Part shown: one piece after another, positions 52,775 through 64,000 of the stretch | How the letters are laid out: each line of letters begins with the position of its first letter | How positions within the stretch are numbered: the first letter of the stretch is position 1 | Source of the DNA: Eledone cirrhosa | Taxonomy: Eukaryota | Direction: 5' to 3' | NCBI GenBank assembly: GCA_964016885.1 | Contig: OZ024740.1 | Coordinates: 328,290,001-328,354,000 of the forward strand | Length of the DNA stretch: 64,000 nucleotides | The notes under the pieces: model-generated | The model's database searches: none | What the model saw: the letters and a program-made list of their open reading frames with translations, nothing else | Told to the model about the DNA's origin: nothing | Program-made: the position numbers and the translations under genes

Positions 52775-53853
52775 ATGAAGCAGTGGAACTTGGTCAAAGA
52801 GGAAGTGCAGGTGACAAGTCAGAGAAGTCGACACGAACCTTTCTCAGGCTTTTACACTCTTAGGGATGGCCTCTGCTTCTGCCATGACGTGCCTGGACTG
52901 TTTGACGTTATTGGGGTGCCGTTTGTGCCCAAGGAGTGGCGGCTATTTTTAGACAGCTCCACCACAAGTTTGAAGGCTGTCCTCCTCCACAATGGAAACA
53001 AGTTCCCGACACTGCCCCTAGCTCATTCAGTCTGCCTGAAGGAAGATTACTACAGTGTGAAAGTCCTCTTGGAAGCTCTGAAATACAACCAGTACAATTG
53101 GGAAATCATTGGAGACTTCAAAATGGTGACTTTCCTGCTTGGACTCCAAGGAGGCTTTATCAAATTCCAATGCTTCCCCTGCCTTTGGGACATCAGAGCC
53201 ACCTCTAACCACTACAAAAGAAAGAACTGGGAGCAGCGAACAGAATTTGTAGTTGGGACCCCAAACGTGATGTGGGAGCCACTGGTTGATACCAGGATTG
53301 TGCTCATGCCGCCACTGCACATTAAGATGGGGTTGATGAAGCAGTTTGTGAAGGCTCTCAACCAAGAATAAGCCGCTTTTAAGTACCTTCTCGAGTTCTT
53401 CCCCAAGTTATCTGAGGCCAAAATCAAAGGTGGAATTTTTGTTGGACCTCAGATAAAGAAGGTATTTGAGTCTACCGAGTTCTCCAATAAGCTGAATAGG
53501 ATTGAGAGAACAGCATGGAACTGTTTCAAGGCAGTTGTTAAGGGCTTCCTGGGCAACATAGTGCTGAAAACTACCAGCAACTGGTGCAGGATCTGATAAA
53601 GGCTTTTGGCGTCATGGGATGCAGGATGTCGCTTAAACTCCATATGCTGGACGCTCACCTGGAAAAATTCAAGGACAATATGGGCGCCTACTCAGAAGAA
53701 CAAGGCGAACGATTCCACCAAGATGTGAAAGAGATAGAGCGGAGGTACCAGGGCTACTACAATGAAAAAATGATGGGGGACTATATCTGGGGGCTAGTGC
53801 GGGAATGCGACCTGGACTACAACCGCAAATCCAGGAAATCCAGTCATTTCTGA
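52775..53853 (+). pseudogene. Chapaev3-type transposase C-terminal part (stop at 53369-53371, frameshift near 53560)
   Basis: WRLFLDSS…LKAVLLHNGN, GDFKMV…LGLQGG, CLWD, PPLHIKMGLMKQFVKAL, SLKLHMLDAH, SEEQGERFHQD, MMGDYIWGL. Confidence 0.82.
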
Positions 53854-54065
53854 CGTGTATAAGTTGCTTTATAAGTGTTATTTGTTTTTACTTGTTTGCT
53901 TTTGATAAGCTTGTGTAATAAAATAAATATATACCCTGTTGATTTAATTATATGAACTGATAAATTTAAAAAAAATGTGTTTTTTCTTGAAAAATATGAA
54001 AATTTCGAAATATCAAACTCCTTATCACAAACCCAAACTTTTGATTAAATAATAGTGTTTTTTTA

Positions 54066-54260
54066 TAATAATTGTTTCTACTTTTGGCACAAGGCCAGCA
54101 ATTATCTCAGTGTATTACTGGTACTTTATTTTATCGACCCCGTAAGGATGAAAGGCAAAGTTAACCTCGACGGGATTTGAACTCAGACCATAAAGGGCCG
54201 TAACTCTTTGCTGCAAAGCATGACGTCAGACCCTCTACCGATACTGCCAATTCACCGCCC
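54066..54260 (-). mobile_element. SINE family 1 copy inserted in the Chapaev element
   Basis: Complete SINE flanked by TTTTTTATAATAAT-like duplications. Confidence 0.85.
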
Positions 54261-54773
54261 CTTTTTTATAATAATGGGATATAACAAACCATGAAATGAC
54301 ACTTAGAACCGGGGAACAAAAAATATGTTACACGGTGTTATATAATTGTTATTTTATAAATCTTATAAATATTATTGTAAGATGTATAAAAATATTTTCA
54401 GACTTTTAATATAAACAACTACAAAAAACAATCAATATTAAATAAATATATTTTACATAATAATTGTAATAGTTGAATTAATAAAAATTAAATATTACAT
54501 ACAAATATTCTAACATTAATAAAAAAAATAATCTAACATAATAATAATAAAATAATCTAACATAAAACGAAAATAATATGGAGAAATATACAAAATGGCG
54601 GATGCTTATGAGCAACAATTACTCTCGTTGGTTGATTAGTCAATAAGACGATGAAATTAGCCAATAAGACGATACATTACAAAACATGTTTGGCAGCGAT
54701 CATCACGGCCAGCGACACCCCACAGACTTAAAACATTCTGTTGTTAGTCACTGCGTGTCTAACAGATATAGTC

Positions 54774-54817
54774 TAACAAAGTTCTTTCGTTACACATCTG
54801 CAACATCATCAGTGGTA
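54774..54817 (-). ncRNA. Minimal hammerhead motif (family A')
   Basis: Inverted, slightly diverged copy of 54896-54939. Confidence 0.6.
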
Positions 54818-54895
54818 CTATTATCATATTCCCTCCTATTGTATTGTAAAAATGGCGTGAACATTACAATACAATAGGAGGGAACATGATAATAG

Positions 54896-54939
54896 TACCA
54901 CTGATGATGTTGCAGATGTGCAACGAAAGATCTTTGTTA
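54896..54939 (+). ncRNA. Minimal hammerhead motif (family A')
   Basis: TACCA-CTGATGA-T-GTTGCA gatg TGCAAC-GAAA-GATC-TT-TGTTA, with palindromic stem III AGATCT. Confidence 0.7.
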
Positions 54940-55202
54940 GACTATATATATATATATTTATATCTGTATTTTTAACCGATGGCCAGTCAATGATAAACAT
55001 TGATTGCCAAATAAATTAACTATGGAGATATAAAAGATGCAGAAGCGAAAACCAACCAAACATTGAGTGTGTTCTGTTATTATTTCTGGCAATATTATTA
55101 CATGAATATGACCCTCCCCAAGTATAACAATATTTGTTTAGACACATGATTTCATATCAAAAACCTTGCAAAACAAATATACACACATATATATATATGT
55201 AT

Positions 55203-55789
<587 letters not shown>

Positions 55790-56068
55790 TGCATGTGCAT
55801 TATATAACTTATTATAAAACTTCCAGGGGTCCCAGAAACCTACCTGAGAGTATATCTATTACGTCGATATTAATCAACCAGAGATGGTCTATGTTAGTTT
55901 AAACCTTTCTGTACGTATCGTCGTTGTGTTATATGTATAGCTGTGCCTTCGGTCGGTTTTCTTGGTGTCATACATTATAACTGTTGTGTTTACTGTGGAC
56001 CTAATGTTTTTAACTTTTGATCCATTGAGTGCTTTGTTATTGCCCCAAACAAATCGATTAGTATTGGC

Positions 56069-56106
<38 letters not shown>

Positions 56107-56110
<4 letters not shown>

Positions 56111-56288
56111 GGCTTCTACGGGACTAGAACTGTTTCATTCGGAGGAAACCATCAGAAAGCTTGCTGATGGTTTCCTCCGAATGAAACAGTTCTAGTCCTG
56201 TAGAAGCCATTTCTATAATAAATTACTTTTACTCTGCTATGTATTGAGTACCTTACTTACTGTAGATCCCCCGATTTAACCCGGGATC
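56107..56288. mobile_element. Fold-back PLE terminal fragment (family F) with two head-to-head hammerhead-like motifs
   Basis: Palindrome 56107-56212 centred on AAGCTT, with both cores reading CTGATGG. The tail matches 32866-32952 (-) and 62611-62740 (+). Confidence 0.7.
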
Positions 56289-56843
56289 TATATATATAAG
56301 TACGTGTTCGGCAAACTTTGCGACAGCCAAGCCGAATATTAATACATGATCTTACACCTACTATATCTTTACTTTCCGACAGAAGGTCAGATTCGTTGAA
56401 AAAACATAAAAAAAAAAATCATTTCTTTTCCAACGCGAGACCGATGTAATTGTAAACATTTACCACTTCAACATAACATCATCTAACTGACAATATAATT
56501 TTTAGTAACTAGAAGAAAATCAAAATATATGCGCAATTCTAGATAATATATCGAAATATTCTTATAGATTATGTAAATACAATAGCTAAGGTAAATAAGC
56601 GTAGCTTCTCATAACGAAAATACTGAGTGGTTTAGCACCCCTACATATTCTCTCAGCATCACATTGAATAACGGCATTGATAGATTATCCAGTTCAAATC
56701 TTGCTCAGGTCTTCCTATCATCCTTCCAGGATCGACAAAATAAACTAAAAGTCAAGTATTAACGAAGTTTAACCGGATTCCCATTCCCCAAAAATTGCTG
56801 GCAATCTGCAAGATGTCATCTAGCAACCAATCAAAAAGCCTAA

Positions 56844-57420
56844 ATGCTGCAGCCAGCACAGCTACAGCAAACACATTGTGAGCCACTGATTTATTTTAAG
56901 CAGAGAGTTCAGAAGACCATATTTCTCTTACTCGCGTGTTGTATTTCTTGGTTACTCGTTCCTTGTTATAATTACCATCATAGGATACATTTTCATCTAT
57001 CCCTAAATATCTATAGCAGTCCTCGTCAGATACCGTTGAATCTGTCGGTCGGGTCATTGATAAAGTTATTGCTAGATTGGCTTGTAGTTTTCCCTGGTAT
57101 TACAATCACACAAGAGCATTTATCTTGGCTAATCTCCATTCCTATATCTTTCGAGTACGTCGTAGCCAAGTCACTTATATTCCTGGCATAAAGTTTCGGT
57201 TTATCTACGAAGAAGCTATGTGTTATGTTTGTATCTGGCCTCCTGTAAAACAATTACGTATCCTTCATATTTTCTCAGAATAAATAGCAAGGGGTTTAAT
57301 GACAGTATAAATAGTATGATTGTCCATCTCATATCCTAATGGTCAAAGTTCTCCCATTCTACACGACGTGGCCATTTATACAATTACTGTTCTCCAACTT
57401 AGAATCCTTCCTAAATTTTT
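56844..57420 (-). pseudogene. Degenerate R4/Dong-like RT fragment
   Basis: ITHSFFVDKPKLYA…YSKDIGMEISQDKC (compare INHLLFMDDLKLYA…FSxDIGMEFGLDKC). Confidence 0.55.
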
Positions 57421-57667
57421 TCTAATTTTTATAGTTTACTTTGATAAATGGTTTAAATCGAAATATCACATTTCTTACTCGCTTCTGTGTAAATATTTCA
57501 ACTGTACTGCAATTTTTCATATTTTTATGCATATATTTTGTCAACCACTTATATATACATATGTGTGTGTATGAATGTCTAATATATATGTAATATATAT
57601 TATATGCATACACACACACACACACACACACTATATATATATATATATATATATTGTTAGTGTGTGT

Positions 57668-57712
<45 letters not shown>

Positions 57713-57847
57713 GGGAAAAGAAACGCTCACAACTATGCAGTAGATCAGAAAGAAATAGAAATAGACAGGCAGACAGAAAAACAATTTTGATATCTACCGG
57801 GAATTCAATAGCGTCATCAATTTGTATTGTTAAATATTTATTTAAGG

Positions 57848-58030
57848 AAGGTGGATTGGCAGAGTCGTACGGGCGTCGAAGTACATACATTGAAGGTTTT
57901 CTTCCAGTTCTTTACGTTCTGAGTAGAAATACCACCGATGTCAACTTTGCTTTCTGGGGATCGATAAAATTATATACAGGCAACATATGTAGTGGATATA
58001 ATCGAATTTCTCACCAAATTGCTGACGTTC
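57848..58030 (+). mobile_element. Degenerate SINE family 1 copy
   Basis: GGTGGATTGGCAGAGTCG head and partial core. Confidence 0.6.
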
Positions 58031-58186
58031 GGTTAATTCGTATTTATTTATTTTAATATTCTGGATGTAATATAGGATTAAAAAGTAATATAGGATTAAA
58101 TTTTCAAGTTTCAAATCACTAGGATTAAACATTAATCAAAATATCCCATATACAGACACACACACACACACACGCATATATATACA

Positions 58187-58248
<62 letters not shown>

Positions 58249-58260
58249 TGTATATATATA

Positions 58261-58310
<50 letters not shown>

Positions 58311-58385
58311 ATTTTTCAACTATATATATATATATATATATAGTTGAAAAATGAGCCAATTTTACAGTTATATTGTGTGTGTGTG

Positions 58386-58417
<32 letters not shown>

Positions 58418-58733
58418 GAGAGAGATCATACACATACATCATTATATATATATATATATATATATATATGCATTCATATACAAGATGACTTGCGGAGAGA
58501 CCTGTTGAATATATCTGCTCTTTTACTTAATGGAATTCAAGAACATACATTAAATGTCGAGTTTATGGTTACTATAAAGCAATTGGGCGTTATATATCAC
58601 AGCAATAACCTATAGTGTTTCCTTTGAAAGTAGTGCAATATTGGCAAACGAACAGACATCGCACATGCATGTACACACAAGCCAATATGTGTATCTATAT
58701 AAACATAGATTTATCTCTGTCTCTCTCTCTATG

Positions 58734-58813
<80 letters not shown>

Positions 58814-59499
58814 TTCGTACATAGTTATATACTAGAGATATAATATAGCCTACTTAAATAACCTATTAAAATGAAGACTACTGTGACCCATGAAGAGCAT
58901 TTTCTAATAAATTCACTTGAGCGTGATAATGAAAAAGATTTTATGAGTTAACATGACATAAAAAAAGAAAGGTTCATAGTTTTCGGTGACCTTTATTGAA
59001 GTCAAAGAATGAACATATTATTTTGAAGTATTATTTTCTTTCAATGTAGATATGAGAAGATAATTGCTCTCGTAACTGTAACATGGCTGACGAGAGGATG
59101 TGAGTGGTATACTTGTAAAATTTACAAAGCGTGTCAGTCAACTTAGAAACCGTTAGGATAAGTCATTGTTATAGCGGCACCGTTAAGAAACTGTAACAAT
59201 GACGATCATAGAAATGCTGAAGATTGCATTTAATATTTGCATTTAATATTTACATTTAATATCAAAGTAAAGAGGAGGCCTCTACATGGCAACTCATTAG
59301 GCTAAAATGCCAGTTTAATCGTCCACAAATCACATCATATTATCTTTAAAAAGTGAAAGAATCGATAGATATACCATTTTTGAGTAAAGGATAGTTTCAA
59401 CAGAAACCCCTTTCACCATAAGTCTTTTGTCGCATTTCTAAACCAAGATGACGGATCAAATCTAATGACCTAGGAACTCTTGGGTACTTTCTTCTGGGG

Positions 59500-60140
59500 A
59501 TTATGTTTCCATCTTCCTTCTCAAATTTCTAGCTATTCCTAGGAGTGTCGGTTTCTGAAGGAATACAACTTTTGCCTGGACCCCAATTTTTTCTATCCAC
59601 TTTTCTAAATTCTTGGTCACCCAACCAAAAGCACCAAACACTGTTGGTAGGATCTCAAACTTTCTCATATTCTTTGGCTTTCAATTCTAAAGTCCTGATA
59701 TTTATCAAATTTCTCCATTTCTTTTGGGTGGATCCTCTCATCTTCGCCAATAGTGACATCAATAATTTGACCTATCACAACTATGTTATCGCACTGTATA
59801 GATGTGCCACAACGTATTTACATCTTCTGTCTCAACTATTCCCTCTGGTTGATGTTTATGCCACAATTAATTTTGTTCCAGATGATAATTCCCACAGAGC
59901 TTTCAATGGATTAACTTAGTAACTGTATCATGGCTTGTATTCTCTTTGGACTAATTTAGGGCATTCAGTAATGATTTGAGACACTCTCGTTCTTTTCACT
60001 ACATAGGATACATAGGGGTGAATCTACAGTTTTATCTATTTTGTTTTTTAATCATGTTGGTTTGGATTGCTTGCTCTTGAGCGCGGAGAAAATTAGACCT
60101 TCAGTTGTTGCTTTGAGATCAGATTTCCTTTATTAGCCAT
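59500..60140 (-). pseudogene. Degenerate R4/Dong-like C-terminal region (Cys finger + restriction-like endonuclease)
   Basis: …ATTEGL(I/F)SAQEQAIQT…, ILCSEKNESVS, KFDKYQDF, LQKPTLLGIARNLRR, with many frameshifts. Confidence 0.6.
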
Positions 60141-60810
60141 AAAGGCTTGAATATAGAATGTGAACGATATAAATACCTGTGGGGCTGAACAAAATTATGT
60201 AAAACCGAGTGTAGGGGTAAGGAGGTCGTACAATTGACTTAAAAAACACACACGAAAGACGTATAGGATTATAATAAAACACACAATAATTATGAAAAGA
60301 CATGATACAAAAACATAAAAAATTATATAGTGTGGAATGTGTCCGTCTATCTCATCTACATCTTCATGCTATAATTTCTTAAGAAATTGTTTGCATAAAA
60401 TAAAACCACGCGCGAAAAATATCAAAGCATTTAAATATACAAAAAAGCCTCAACCCTTTACTTGCTGTTATCGAGACGAAGTTGGCCACACGCAATAATG
60501 AAAACCACGTGTTGAACTGGCTTTTTGGCGCATCTCATTCGCTATTTTATGGTGTAACATTGTTTCAATTCTGTCCACTGGGACGATGATGCAACGGCCC
60601 CCTGAGATTTTGAACTGCAGAGAGACAGAACGTACAAATGAAAGAGAGTGACAACCTTTCGTTGGTGGATACGTGCTGTTACCGTTAGTCACTACATATA
60701 TATATATAAGCAGTACCCCCGTGCGCTGAATATTCACATATTATCATATTGCTTATTAAACGCCATCATGTGTCGTCTTTAGAAAAGAAACTTTTCAAAA
60801 AGAAAAAACC

Positions 60811-61180
<370 letters not shown>

Positions 61181-61240
61181 ATTTTTTATTGGTCTGAAGA
61201 AGGCATAACATATTGTTAATATGATATCCCTGAAATATAT

Positions 61241-61422
61241 ATAATTGTTTCTACTTTTGGCACAAGGCCAGCAATTACCCAGTGCATTACTGGTACTTTA
61301 TTTTATCGACCCCGTAAGGATGAAAGGCAAAGTTAACCTCGGCGGGATTTGAACTCAGAATGGCAAGGGCCGTAACTCTATGCATCAAAGCATGGCATCC
61401 AACCCTCTACCGATACTGCCAA
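61241..61422 (-). mobile_element. SINE family 1 copy
   Basis: Reverse complement of 290-474. Confidence 0.85.
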
Positions 61423-61481
61423 TAATGAAATAAATATGGTTTTATAAATATAGTTTCCATTTATTTAATATCATATTATAA

Positions 61482-61525
<44 letters not shown>

Positions 61526-61530
61526 TTTTT

Positions 61531-61920
61531 AGTATATGTTAGTTGTATACAAACACCTCAGTATGCAGGCTGGAGCACTCGACGAAGTGCGCAGGTTGGT
61601 TTAGTTACTCCGGAGTAATGTAAAATAAAGTAAAATAAATAAGTCAAATGTTTAAAATTTAGCTTCGTTTATTACTGCTATATATATTTAGGTGACAGCC
61701 ATCTTTGGCTGTGACCTCTTCAGGCAGTCCGAATTAGTGTGGTATATCAGAGTATTGACAAAGTTATACACCTTAACAACATATGTACTTGTCTATACCA
61801 CACTAATTCGGAATGCCTGAAGAGGTCACAGCCAAAGATGGCTGTCACCGAAATATATATAGCAGTAATAAACGAAGCTAAATTTTAAATATTTGACTTA
61901 TTTATTTCACTTTATTTTAT
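61531..61920. mobile_element. Fold-back PLE terminal repeat (family B) with hammerheads at 61674-61728 (-) and 61812-61866 (+)
   Basis: Both arms match 12050-12300. The minus copy has GAAA changed to TAAA. Confidence 0.85.
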
Positions 61921-61923
61921 ATA

Positions 61924-61970
<47 letters not shown>

Positions 61971-61974
<4 letters not shown>

Positions 61975-62107
61975 GTAGAACACTGGAAGGTGATATCCGT
62001 AGAGGTAGAGCACTCAGTCCATGGGACCAGTTAGGTAGAAGTGGTTACACAACAGTTAGTTCACCATACCGAGAACAATTGTTTCACCTTAGCGGATCCT
62101 CAGCTCG

Positions 62108-62111
<4 letters not shown>
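61971..62111 (-). mobile_element. Solo PLE terminus (family C) with hammerhead at 62070-62107
   Basis: Matches 18387-18526, with (TA)n on both sides. Confidence 0.88.
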
Positions 62112-62155
<44 letters not shown>

Positions 62156-62365
62156 ATAATAATACTATTTATAGTTATGTATATAGTATAAACAACTATA
62201 AACAGGAAGGTCAGTAATTTCTTAATTACCTTATTAGCTCAATGTATGAACATCAGTTGTTTTACAGAGCAGTTAAATAAATAAATTTCATTACAGGTCC
62301 AACTGATTTTTGCGAGCCGAGTGAAAAGAAGAAAAGTAAAATAAACTGTTTTGCTCAGACATAAG

Positions 62366-62419
<54 letters not shown>

Positions 62420-62425
62420 GCACGC

Positions 62426-62473
<48 letters not shown>

Positions 62474-62560
62474 ACGCACACACACACACACACACACACA
62501 CGCTCGCGCGCACACACACACACACACATGCACACTCACACACACACACTAGCGCGCGAG

Positions 62561-62591
<31 letters not shown>

Positions 62592-63290
62592 GGCTTTTAT
62601 ATGACAAGAACTGATAATTTCTTTCGAATGAAACAGTTGTAGTCCCGTAGAAGCTATTTCAATATTAAATTTGATGTTTACACTCTACTAATGTACTGAG
62701 TACCTTACATACTGTGGTTACTCACGATTGAACCCGGGACTCACCTATATATAATATATATATATAGGCAGAGTTATGTTATTGTACATCAGAAAAATAG
62801 CTCCGACAGAGGTGGAATCGCTCATGGCCCCATGCGAGTCCAAGAAGTCGTAGGTAGCTGAATAACAATCCATTAGGAGTTATGATATATTTTGATTATA
62901 TTTTTAAAGGTATTTATTCATTTTCCTACAAAATATTCCACCATTTTTATTCATATTCCGAAGACATTAATCACATCCTAAAAATACTTACATACATCAT
63001 AAAGTCCAAATTTATCCAACTAGATTATGTACCCAGACGTAAAACTCTGTTAGTTTCTCTATAATTTTGATATACAGCCAAGTTTGCTTCTCGCAGACTT
63101 CGAAAAGCTTTTCAGAATAGCTTAGTCTTCCGTATTTTTCCGGATCATATTTCTGCTGGCTTCTAATAACATTATTTCACGTAAACGATATGCTCCACCC
63201 CAATTGTGTCATCATCACCTAACATTACACTAGAAATCCTAGTTAACACGTCTATTATTATTGCTGGTGTTATTATTGTTGTTGTTGTTT

Positions 63291-63362
63291 TTCTTCTTCT
63301 TCTTCTTCTTCTTCTTCTTCTTCTTCTTCTTCTTCTTCTTCTTCTTCTTCTTCTTCTTCTTC
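63291..63362. repeat. (TTC)n microsatellite in a low-complexity region
   Basis: Read directly from the sequence. Confidence 0.95.
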
Positions 63363-64000
63363 TCATTGTTGTTGTTCTTGTTATTATTCAATGTTATTTT
63401 CATTGTTTGCTGTACCACCAAGTGAGAACAACAACAACAAGAAAATAAAACCATTCTTTAAACAATAAACTTAACAATAACCATAACAACAACATTAACA
63501 ACAACCGTAAAAACAAAACAATATATTTAAAATGCAGGAGTAACTATAATAAATAAATACTGAAACCATTACAAAAATAACAATTGAAGAATAATGACTA
63601 AAAAGTGAATGAAGAAAACAACAATAACATCAACAACGTCTATTTCAATAGGGAAAACTTTAACGAGAATAACAAGCAATAAGACACCCCACCATCACCG
63701 GCGACGGGGATGACGACGACAGCCACAACAAGAACAATAGCAACAGCAACACAACGAAATCAACAACAATATCCACACGAGCAACATCAACAATAACAGC
63801 TCGACTGCATAATACAGACATCTAGTGGTGTTAAGATTTATCAATACAAAGTGGATAGAGGAATGCTTTAAGAAAACCAAGTTTAAGCTAAAATAGAGAG
63901 GTGGAAAAGAGGTACTGTCTATTGGTGTATGAGGTAGGCACTTCGGTGGATTGTGTGCTTATCAATACTGACTCGTCGTTCGAACTAAACTGTGGAACTT

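Larger units (their letters stand above)
52392..54337 (+). mobile_element. Chapaev3-like (CMC) DNA transposon, internally deleted
   Basis: TIRs CACCGTGTAACA / TGTTACACGGTG with 3-bp TTA duplication. Subterminal AAAAGTTTGGGTTTGT / ACAAACCCAAACTTTT. Confidence 0.85.
51830..55180. mobile_element. Fold-back PLE terminal repeat (relative of family A) split by nested insertions
   Basis: 51830-52012 plus 54766-54848 form the inverted copy of 54863-55133. The terminus ATGACCCTCCCCAAGTATAACAATAT resembles 38153-38178. Confidence 0.72.

Overview
This is AT-rich, microsatellite-dense animal DNA. The SINE types and repeat make-up suggest a cephalopod such as Octopus, but that is inference. No host gene can be called with confidence, and most short ORFs in the track are microsatellite artefacts. 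The window is a nest of transposable elements. It holds one intact two-ORF Tx1/L1-group LINE inside a (TATC)n tract, and two near-full-length plus several truncated Penelope-like elements (PLEs; RT + GIY-YIG) inside (TA)n tracts, mostly as fold-back structures. It also holds a deleted mariner, a Chapaev3-like DNA transposon, RTE and R4/Dong remnants, MITEs and many tRNA-derived SINEs. The main unannotated signal is about 22 hammerhead-ribozyme motifs from roughly 8 PLE terminal-repeat families, on both strands. One family has a non-canonical U3-A8 core (UUGARAA) and a long branched stem II. A shared YYGAGTRC motif lies downstream of the ribozyme in otherwise dissimilar families. All structures were folded by eye and are untested.
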